From positions 57,972,001-58,036,000 of the forward strand of contig NC_058382.1 of the NCBI RefSeq assembly GCF_018350175.1: 64,000 nucleotides of DNA. Direction: 5' to 3'. Positions 47,117 to 56,900 of this stretch are shown one piece after another. Both the position numbers and the translations under genes were made by a program. This DNA is from Felis catus. Its lineage: Eukaryota. The stretch's first letter is position 1. Each line of letters starts with the position of its first letter. The notes under the pieces were generated by a model. That model ran no database searches and was not told the DNA's origin. It saw only the letters and a list, made by a program, of their open reading frames with translations.

Positions 47117-48319
47117 CGGTCTGCTCGTCCACGTTATCCGCGCTGCCTTTGGCTCTGCCGAGAGACGAGGGGACCGAGGCACAGAGAGAGGTGGAGTTGG
47201 GCTGCACGGCCTAGCAAGAGGCAGAGGCAGGATTGCACCTCGGGGATTCAGATGCCCGGGTCCCCGAGTGAGCCCCTGTAGTGTGGGGGTACAGCGACCC
47301 TGCCCAGTACCTCGGAGGTACTCGATGTGAAACGCTCCGTGGAGCTGCCTCGGCCTGGCTCCTGCAGGGGAATCGGGCAGCATTCAGGGGCTGATTCTGT
47401 TATTACACGCTCAGTATTACCTCCTGCGCGGTGCAGAGCTCTGGAATGTTCCTCCCCTCCCCCGTCACTGAGGACTTGTGCGCCCACGTGCTCCCTAAGG
47501 AAATCAGCGCCAGCTACTTTGTGGTTTGAGGGGACGAGCCCCTGCGTCTGTCCGTTTCCCCCTCAGCTCCCCACGCAGACCCCAGGCCTGTCTGCAGAAC
47601 GCCGGAGCTCCGGGGAACCCAGTTTGGGAAGCAGAGTCAGTTTCAGGCTTCGGGCCCAGAGTGCCCTTCTGAAGACTTCCCTGCTGAGGCTGCCGGAACA
47701 GGAGGAGACCAGCTGGCTGTGGTCTCGGAGGGGGCCCTGAGGCTCTCCCAGGGGAGGAGGAAACGGCAGGGTGTCGCGGCGAGGGGACTCACGCAGGCAG
47801 AGCTTTGGACGACGGAGCGTCCCGCCAAGCCGAGAAATCCCCGGGGCGTTGCCCGCGCGCTGCTCAGGCTAGAGACGCTGGTCGGCCCGTGAGCTGTGTG
47901 GCCGCTCGGTGTCTCCGTTTGGGGTCTGTGATGTGAGCTCGTGGGCCCGCCTCCCCCACCGGGGCGCTGGAACCCCTCGGGGCGGCTCCGTGAGCGGCTT
48001 GCTCGGTGGAGCAGTTGGGGTGAGCTCCAGCTCAGAGGCACCCCCACCCCCGCCAGCAGGCTGCTTGCGGGCCCGCTGAGGATGCTGTGACAGGGAGAGC
48101 ATATGGCTGGCATATGCCAGGCAGGAACACGGCTGCCCACGGGAAGAGGCAGGAGGAGTTCTGGAAGGGAGGGAGCTAAGCCGTCGGTGCCCGCGACACA
48201 GTGCGTCTGCCTGGCCTCCTTGGCACCCGTCAGGCCCGGTTCTCCCAGGGAGGGTGTGGCTCTGTTCCCTTTGGCACTTAGGGTGCTCTGGCGGGGGCGG
48301 GGGCCTCCTGGGGTGATAG

Positions 48320-48352
48320 GGCAATGTGTCTTCTGCCCACTAGATGTCGCTG
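48320..48352 (+). promoter_or_regulatory. Candidate CTCF site with upstream motif
   Basis: tgcCCACTAGATGTCGCtg core at 48337 preceded by GGCAATGTG. Confidence 0.5.
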
Positions 48353-50492
48353 TCCCCTGCAAGATCCGGTCGAGCCCGTGGCCTAACAAGCCTGGGGGGG
48401 GGTGGGGGGGGGGCTCCTCTGCAGTTTTCGCCGGAGACCCCCACCCAGCCCCCTTCTCAGAGCCGGCGTTGCATGGGCTGAGTCCTGGACGAAGAGTTTA
48501 ACTTAGCCATGCGGCAAAGTGGGGTAGGCAAGGGTGTTGCCAGTAGAGGGATCTGCATGTGCAAAGGCCAGGAGGTGGAACCCGGCCGGGTGCCATGGGC
48601 TTGGGGACAGCAGAGGAAGTTCCGGGTGGCTGGAGGGGGACCTCGCCATTGTCCTGTGGCTTGGCCAGGACTGAGCGCTTATACGCGCCAGGCAGTACTC
48701 AGCGATCCTTGCAGTCACCCCAGAAGAGGGCACTGTTCTTATCCCCGGTGGGCCTGGCGCTCAGACAGGCTAAGCAACTAGTCTGTGGTTACCCAGCCAT
48801 GAAGTGGTGAAGCCAGTGTGGAGCCCTCTCGCGGGGCAGTGTTGGAGGTAGGGGGAGCAGGGGGTGGTCCTGGGTGACCTCTGAGCCCTCTGTGGCCCTT
48901 AGGACCCACCTTTTGCCCCTCTGGAGCCTTGCCTACCACCCTGTCCCGCCCTCTGCCCGCCTGGGCCCACGTGCCCTGCAGGCCTTGTCCTCTTGGTGCC
49001 CAGGCTGGGACACGAGTGGACCCTTAGGGATGATCCATCACCCCTCCCACAGTGCCCGGTACACGGCAGGTGTCCAGGCTGTGCCCTCCTGCCTCTCAGG
49101 TGGTCCCTCAACATGGCTGCACCACGGGGAGCTGTCCCCTGAACCCCCAGGGGGTCTGGCAGTGAGTGTCACAAACTGAGACAGATGGCCCTGGGCCCTC
49201 GGTTTTTAGAGACCTCTGCCACCAACCGGAAGACCTCTCAAAGGTCCCTCCCCACCTTGCTTGCTGTAAGTCCAACTCAGGCCACACGATGGGTGACAAG
49301 GATAACTTTCTAGAACAGTTGCCAGGCAGGAGACATCTGCAGTGGGAGGCTTGTGGACCCTGGGCCCCATGGCCAGAAGAGGAGAGGACACAGGAAGGGG
49401 GCTCTGGCCCTGGGCCGTGTGTGGGAGCCGGCACAGGGCCCACAGCCACACCGAGGGCACACGACAAGGACATGGGGCGCTTCGGGTCCTGTCCTGCTCA
49501 CGGTACTGAGGCCCCTGGGGACGCCCAGGCCTGGGACAAGGGGAGGGTCCGGAGCAGCCCCCGCCGAGGCAGCAGCCGGCGGGCCAGGCAAGGGCCTAAC
49601 GCGTATCTCGATCCCGGCACAGGAGCAGATGGGCAGGGGGAGGGGGGTGGCGGTAACAGTTGGCACCGCTGGCTTCCGGCTCCCCCGAGGCGGCGGGTGT
49701 GAGAGGCAGGGATGGGAGCCGGTGGCAGAAGCCCAGCCTGCTGTCGGCGCCTCCCCTCCCAACCTGCCTCCTCGGCCCTTCCAGAGGCTTGTCCCCGGGA
49801 GGCCCGAGAGTCGGAGGCTGGGCTCAGGAGGGCAAAGGCGCGGCTGGCAGCCCAGCTCGGCCTCGTCCTGGCTGTGTGGCCGGAGCCACCGAGGACACCC
49901 CTCCTGGCCCACCCCAGCCTCAGTTTCCCCATCTGTAGAATGGGGTGGCGGCAGTGAGTCTGGAATCCTGGCTCCTCCGTGCGGGGCTGTGTGGCCTTCG
50001 GTAGGTCCTTACCCTCTGTGTGTGTCCCCATCTGTTAAACGGGAGAGTTCTCGTGAGCCCGTGGCGTGTTTGTGGGCGGAGCAGTCGGCGCTGGTAGCTG
50101 CCTGCAGGGGGAGGGCATGGCGGGAGGCACGAGCGGTGGGCTGGGTGCCACAGCACTCGCAGCCACGGTCAAGGCACACACGGAAGGCGTGGTCTCCGTA
50201 GCCGGCAGTGCACCAGGCGCTTTGCGCGTGTGAACTCAAACTCACGGCAGCCTTAGGTTGGGTCCCATTACTGTTGCGGTCTTACGGACGGGGAAACTGA
50301 GGCAGAGCCCCAGAGGCACTTGCGTAGGGCCGGAGCTCTGCGAGCCCGGTCCAGCCCGGCAGCCTTCGCTCACCTTCCGTCCCGGGGCCTGGACCCCGAT
50401 GCGCCTCCTGCCTCCGCCTGATCACGGAGCCCACCAGCCCAGACCACCTGCCTGTCCCCGACCCCAGCCGGGCCGTCGGCCGCGGGGTCTCG

Positions 50493-50518
50493 CCCCCCCC
50501 CCCCCCCCCCCCCCCCCC
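50493..50518. repeat. Poly-C homopolymer (26 nt)
   Basis: Directly seen. Confidence 0.95.
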
Positions 50519-50589
50519 GCTCGCCTGCCCTCTGGCCTCAGGACGTGCTCCGAGTGAGCAGGGAGGGTTTGGCTCCAGAGCCTCGGGGT

Positions 50590-50748
50590 CAGGCCACCAG
50601 CCACACGTGGCCCCGTGGCGAAAGGCCGTTCGCAATCCAGTTCCTGCGATCCAAGTGTTCAGCGCACACACGCGGCTGGTGGCTGCCATGTTGGCCAGCA
50701 CAGATCTAGAACTTTCCGTCATCACAGAATGTGCTCCTGGAGGCGCTG
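50590..50748. mobile_element. MER3/MER33-like hAT-Charlie remnant
   Basis: ggctgccatgttggccagcacagatctagaactttccgtcatcacagaa resembles MER3 terminus. Confidence 0.7.
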
Positions 50749-52069
50749 CCCAAGCGATTAGGCCTTTGGGTCGTTGGGGGGTGGGGGGGGGTGACATTTG
50801 CTGCCCTGTCTACGGGGCGGGGAAGGACATGCTGAAACCGGTCTCTGCCGGCTCAGCCCGTACGTTTCACCAAAGCTCAAAGCGGAGCACGCGGTCTGAG
50901 AAAGGGTAGCTCTTCACGTGTCCGTGATGTGATTTGTGGCCGTCTCAGGATACGAGCGACGAAATCATATTTGGTCCAGCAGTTTGCCGATCGCTTCGCT
51001 GAGAAGTCAGAAGAAACTGGGCTGCACCGTCTCTCTGAACGCACGGCACATTTATCTTCGTTCTTGCAGGCCTCGGTTTGCACATCTGCAGGAGCACCAT
51101 CTCCCGGGCCCCCAGCTCGGAGACTGCGGGAGGCCAGGTGCGGCGGCGGGGAACACAGGGCCCGGAATGTTCCTCGCTTGGCCCGGTGACCTTGGGCAAC
51201 TTTGGCTCGCTCCCGGGCATCGGTTTCTTCGTCTCTAGGATGGGTAGACTCACCCTTGCTGAGCTGAGCATCCAGTCAGGGAGTGCACGTGCAGGCCCCC
51301 GGGGGAGGCCTGGCGGGAGCAGGGGACTTGAGGGACAGGATGGACACACTGGGCCGGGAGGCCCCTGCGCCTGCCCACGCACCGTGAAGGCCGCGCAGGC
51401 CCCATTTGTCACAGGGCCCGGAAGAGCCCAGGGCACGTTCTCCGCGGCGGGAGGGAGAAGGACGCGGACGGAGCTCCCCAAGACGCATTTCCTGGCACTC
51501 TGTCTTCAGAGCGGGGCTCCACGTTCTTCCAGGGGTGCAAGTGAGAGCAAGAAACGTCCCGAAGGGTGTGTGTGCTTCCTCCCGTGTCCACAGGACCAAG
51601 TGTGATCTCAGGGGATCCCTGGCCCAGCCCGGCACCCGGCAGCCCACCGTGGTTAGGAAGCTGCCCGTTTGTTCCTTCTGCCGTGGGGCACCTACTCCGT
51701 GCCGCGGGAACAGTGTGCGTGGCCCGTAGGGCGCAGCCTCCCGGAGTGTGCAGCCCGCCCCCCCTCGCCCCTGCCCTTCCCGGCCGGGCTCCGGGGCTCG
51801 GGAGGCATCAGAGAATTCAGGCAGGGGCCCCCGGCGCCACCCCCGGGTGTGAATGTCCTCATCCCCAGCGTCCAGCCCTGCCGGGTGACTGACCCCTGCA
51901 GCGTCACCACGCACGCTCTTCGGAAAGTGACGCGGCCCGTCACCGTCGGCACTGGCGGCCCCCAGCCCCACCCTGCGTGGCCCCTGGGCCCCAGCCCGCT
52001 CCCTGGGGGGAAGCCAGCCCCGCTGCTCTGCCAGACTCCCTCTGCTGCCAGCTGGCCTGGCCCTGCGCG

Positions 52070-52083
52070 GTTGCCATGGCAAT
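52070..52083. promoter_or_regulatory. RFX X-box (GTTGCCATGGCAAT)
   Basis: 13/14 match to palindromic GTTGCCATGGCAAC. Confidence 0.5.
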
Positions 52084-52429
52084 CCTTCAGCACGTCAGCG
52101 GGGCCTGCTGCTCCCCCTTTACCTCTCTCTGGGGCCAGAGCCACTTCTGGGAGGCCCTGGGGGCTGCCGGGCCGAGGAGAGGTTCTCAGAGGCCCCGTGG
52201 GGTCCTGGGCCGCGGCCAGGGCTTGACTCCCGCTGACGGATGGGAGCTCCGGGCAAGGAACCAGGGCTCTGGGGGTGGCCGGCGAGGAGGTGGGAGCCGG
52301 GCGACAGAGACATAGAGGAAGATAAGCCAGGGTGGGGGCTGGTGCCCCTGGATCTCCCAGGGCCTGGTTGACCGCTCCCAGCTAGTCGTCTGTGACACCC
52401 TGACCTCCTGTGCACAGCACCTGTGACCT

Positions 52430-53180
52430 TGTGTGCTCCCTCCTGCGTGCCCCCCCACCGTGTGCTCCCCCCCACTGTGCGCCCCACCCCCACTGTGTGC
52501 CCCACCCCCACTGTGCGCTACCCCCATGTACCCTACCCCCACTGTGTGCCTTACCCTCACTGTGTGCTTCCCCCCCCTGCACTGTCCTCCCCCTGTGTGC
52601 CCCCCACTATGTGCCTCACCCCCACTGTGTGCCTCCTGTGTGCTCCCCCAGTGTGCTCCCCCCAGTGTGTGCTCACCCCCACTGTGTGCCCCACCCCCTG
52701 TGTGCTCCCCCCCACCGTGTGCCCCCCACCGTGTGCCCCCTCCTGTGTGCCCCCCCACTGTGTGCTCCCCCCACTGTGTGCTTCCCCCACTGTGTGCTCC
52801 CCCCCACTGTGCGCCCCACCCCCACTGTGTGCCCCACCCCCCACTGTGTGCTCCCCCCATGTGCCCTACCCCCACTGTGTGCCTTACCCTCACTGTGTGC
52901 TCCTCCCCCTCCACTGTCCTCCCCCCGTGTGCCCCCCACTATGTGCCCCACCCCCACTGTGTGCCTCCTCCTGTGTGCCTCCCCACTGTGTGCCCCACCC
53001 CCACCGTGTGCTCCCCCCACTGTGCGCCCCACCCCCACTGTGTGCTCCCCCCGCTGCGTGCCCCCCCACTGTGTGCCCCCTCCTGTGTGCTCCCCCCACT
53101 GTGTGCTCCCCCCACTGTGTGCCCCACCCCCACTGTGTGCCCCTCCCACTGTGCATCCCCTCCCACCCCCCACTGTGTGT
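52430..53180. repeat. C-rich minisatellite, unit about 15-19 bp (Cn ACTGTGTG C), about 333-bp higher-order period
   Basis: Marker ttaccctcac at 52551 and 52884; actatgtg at 52606 and 52938. Confidence 0.97.
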
Positions 53181-53844
53181 CAGAAGCCAGAAGACTCTTC
53201 CCTTCTGAGGAAGCCTAAGGTCCAAAAACAGCCCTAGAGGGACGTCAGAGTAGAGACCACAGGCAGCGCTGCCTGAGAAAGTTGGAGGCCCTCTTGGAGG
53301 CGGAGAGGGCTAAGCAACTAGAAGGAACTGCACGGGGTCGGGATGGGGGGCTGCTCCGGGCTGCAGCCAGACTCCCTCTGAGGGGCTGCTGTCCCTCTGG
53401 AAACCTCAGTGGCAGAGGTGGGGACCCTTGGAGAAGGAAGAGCCCGAGGGAGATCCATGTGCGAGAGGCGGGCGGGCCGGACCCGTGTGGGGGGCTCTGC
53501 TGGAGGGGGGCCTTGATCCGGGCTTCCTGGAGGTGGCCACCCCCCACCCGGCGTTAGTTTGGCCGGAGCTGAAAGGACAGAGGAGGTGGGGGTTTAGTAA
53601 GGGATGGGACAGGGCCACACACACCCTCCCTCCCCCGCCCCAGCACAGCCTCTGAAGGACCCTGGGTGGTGGTCCCAGACCCGAGAGGCTCACGTGAGGG
53701 GCCCCGTGGCAGTCCACTTGCCCTCCCAGCAGCACGGGGGTAGGGGCCTTTGGGGGGGAGGGGTAGCTCCAGCCCCTCCCCCTCCAGCAAGCCCTCCCAG
53801 CCACCTAACTTTCCCATCGCCTCTGGTCTCCGGGGTCGCACCAG

Positions 53845-53935
53845 GGCTTTAATTTCAGTGACCTTGACGCTTGTCAGGTCAAATATTTCAACTCCGAGGA
53901 CTCATCTGGCAGGAGTGGGTTTCCATGGCAACGGA
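53845..53935. promoter_or_regulatory. Candidate enhancer: ESRR/NR5A site + RFX X-box
   Basis: TGACCTTGA 53859, AGGTCA 53876, GTTTCCATGGCAAC 53919. Confidence 0.55.
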
Positions 53936-55519
53936 GGCTGACCCACAGGGAGCCTCCCCGGCCCCCTGAGCTCTCCCCCCAGGACACCGCCTCTCTGCTC
54001 CCGCCTGCACGTCCACAGTCCCGGCGCTCTGGGCGTTGAGTCGCCCCTGCCCTCTGTGTGCCCATCACCCCCCAGGCTGCGCCGTGCAAAGCCCAGGATT
54101 GTGTCTGGTGGGGCCCCCGCCCCTGGCACCGAGCACATGTCGCACGAGCACAGGGGGCCGTTGTCCATGAGGACACAGGGAATCCATCTGTGGCCTCGGT
54201 CGTCAGCATCAACATGAGCTCTTGTGTTTTTCTGGGGACATCTGCTGACCGTCCCTGGCCCCGCCGCAGCGGGAAGGGGAGGGTGCGGAGAGGATCCGAG
54301 GCCTGGCTCAGCGTTTCGGGAAGGATTCAGCCGAGACAGCCCGTGACACCCGGCTGCACAGAGGCTGGGCGCCAATGGGCCTCGTCCTGCCGTAGGGGCG
54401 CGGGTCACCTGGAAAGGGGCCTGCCGCGCGAGAATTGGCTGTTCAGCCGCTATTTTGAGCGACCGGCGCTCACTTCCACCCCGCGGGGCCTGGCGGGCCA
54501 AGGCCACCCCCGGAATCCAGGTGCTGCCCTCCCGCCCTGGGACGCCGTGTCTCTGCCTGCGTTCCAGCAGCCCCGCTCGGGGCCTTCCTGCCGACTGCAC
54601 CTGCACCGCGGCCCCGGCCGGCACTTACTGAGCACTTGCTGTGTGCCAGGCATGCGTGGAGGCCGTCGTGTGCGTGATCTCACCCTCGCTGCACCCCGCG
54701 AGGGCTCTTGGGGGGGCGGGCGTCCCGGTGCCACCCCTCGCTAGGTGTGTGACTTCGGGGACGTGACCGCTTCTGGCGGCCCCGGCGTTCCCGATCCGCA
54801 CAGTGGGCTGCTGCCGGACCTCGGGGAGGGAATTCGAGTGGCATTTCGAACCCTGCCTGGCTTCCGGTCCGGGTTCCATCAAGGTCGGCAACTCGCGTGC
54901 TTCTTCCTGGCCTGCAGAGAGGTGGTCACATCTGCAAGGTTCTGACCGCCAGGCAACGCTTCCAGCCGGTTCTAAAATGGGGTCCCCTCGGGGGAAGTGA
55001 GAGCAAGCCCCGGGGTGAGGAGGATGTGGCAGCCAGCATTTATCGGTCCCCTTCTGAAGCCGTCCGTCCTCGGCCGTGTCCACGGGACCCAGCAGATGCC
55101 CTGGAACAGGTGGGGGACAGCAAACCTCCCCTCGGGTGTGTCTGTGCTTCTTGTGTTCCCTGAATTCTCCTGATGACCCTGAGGCCGGAGCTATTATGAT
55201 CCCTGTTCTGCAGACGGGGAAACCGAGAGGGGTTCAGAGTCGGGCCATCTTCGCATAGACCCGCAGTAGCTTGGGCGAGAACCCCCTGTGACTTGTCACG
55301 CGCTCATGCTGTCCCCGTGGTGCTGAGCAGACCAAGTGCATTCGTCTTCTAGGACCCCACCCCCGCCCCCAACCAAACCTTATGACGGAGAGGCCGTTAC
55401 CACCCCCGCTCTACAGACGGGCACACTGAGGCACGGGAGTGCCTCGCCTCAGGTCACACAGGTAGCGAGGGGCAGAGCCGGCCGTGAACCCGGGGCCCCG
55501 GCGCCTCCCGGAAAGCCCC

Positions 55520-55795
55520 GCTGTTCGAGAATAATGTCGTTCTGGAAAGTGACGATGACAAATTATTTTTTTAATGGTTTTAATTTATCCCCCTTTCCTG
55601 GGAGAGTGTCACAGCCAGTCGGCTGCTCCCTGCCTCCGCGAGCCTCCCCGTCTCTTGTTAGTGCCTCGGCTTTGAACATATTTCCTTTTATCATGCGGTG
55701 ACACACGGTGGCAGAGGGCGATTCCGGGAGAGATGGTCGGGGAGGGGCCGGGCTAGAGTTTGCCTCGCTCCTGACAGCTAATTAGCTGTGTGTCT
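55520..55795. promoter_or_regulatory. Candidate enhancer island with MEIS+homeodomain palindrome
   Basis: AT-rich unique sequence with TAAT clusters and TTATC; ACAGCTAATTAGCTGT 55774-55789. Confidence 0.45.
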
Positions 55796-56251
55796 TAGCA
55801 CCGGGGGGCCTCTCGTATGGCAGACATCGTCGCACGGCCCTGACGCTGCTCGCCCCGCTTGCTGCAAAGCCGACGAGGCACGCCGTGGCCTCCCTCCCGC
55901 ATCCCCCCGAGATTTCCGGGGTGACGCTTTCCGTTTTGGCGATGCCTCTGGACTGCTGGGGTCTGTCTGTGTTGGCTGGGGTGGGGGGAGGGGGGCAAGG
56001 CCACAGAGGCCGATCCCTGGGGACCGACTTTGCCAACAGTCAGCGGGGCCCTCCGGCTCAGGACGCAGAGCAGAGCGGGAGTCCGAGGCTCCGTGCGACC
56101 TCGGGCAAGTCCGCTGTTCCCGAGGCTCACTTTGCCCACCTGCACGTTGGGTGTGGGAGCCACACCGATTCGGGCGCCCTTAGCCTGTCGAGAGACTGTC
56201 CCGTGGGCGAATGTGCTGCGGACGAGCCGAAGGAAACGAGCAAGCCTCCGG

Positions 56252-56360
56252 TTCCTTCATTCATCCGATCGGTGTTTACTGAGCACCTACTGTGTGCCAG
56301 GTTCTGCTGTAGGCGCTGGGCTAGCGCGGGGATGGAAATGGCTGCTGACCTTCCGGGAGG
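56252..56360 (-). mobile_element. L2 3' end
   Basis: ttcattcatcc...tttactgagcacctactgtgtgccagg. Confidence 0.85.
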
Positions 56361-56454
56361 AAGGAGACAGAAGGAAGGATAAAGGAAGGAGGCAGAACGA
56401 AGGATAAAAAGGCCCACGTATGATGGGCTGTCTGGGAGGGGTGCCGCAGAGCTC

Positions 56455-56690
56455 GAAGCTCCTGACAGCTAATTAGAGGTGATTAGAGGCTTGGAGGGAA
56501 GTGTGGGTGGGGGGCGGGCAGAGAGTTTCCGGCAGGAGATGGGGTTACACCTTCCAATTGCGGTCAGGAAAGGCCTCATTGACATCATCATCATCATCCT
56601 CATCAGTGAGTGTTACTCTCGGGTTTATTTACAGGGATCAATAACAAAGATCATCAGCCCCCTCCCCTTTTTTAAATAAATTTCTTCGTT
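56455..56690. promoter_or_regulatory. Candidate enhancer island
   Basis: TGACAGCTAATTAG, TGATTAG, TATTTAC, ATCAATA, AACAAAG in unique sequence. Confidence 0.45.
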
Positions 56691-56752
56691 TCTTCCCTCC
56701 CCTCCGCTCCCCCTTGTTAGAGAAACAGTCTGTGACTTTGTATCTTTTTGGG

Positions 56753-56900
56753 CAGGGGTTCTCACGGGAGCAGCGTCAGGGGCCCCTGGAGAGGTTGTTA
56801 AAACACAGAGAGCTGGGCCACCCCCAGTTTCTCATCCCCAATCTGCATTTCTAACAAGTTCTCAGGTGAGAATCCCTTGTCTGGGCCAGGAACAGGCTTG
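56753..56900. mobile_element. MER5A remnant
   Basis: caggggttctca...ttgttaaaacacaga...aatctgcatttctaacaagttctcaggtga. Confidence 0.85.

Noticed and set aside
50870..51070. Lower-GC stretch ending in ttcttgcag, possible exon or acceptor
   Set aside because: No recognisable peptide or downstream donor; more likely a decayed repeat
52430..53180. CRISPR-like array or functional V(D)J RSS cluster
   Set aside because: No unique spacers or cas genes and the context is mammalian; heptamers lack ACAAAAACC nonamers and there are no V/D/J segments
52186..53237. Cys/Pro/His-rich ORFs resembling keratin-associated or SPRR proteins
   Set aside because: Open in nearly all frames because the minisatellite lacks stops; unit lengths vary without keeping frame
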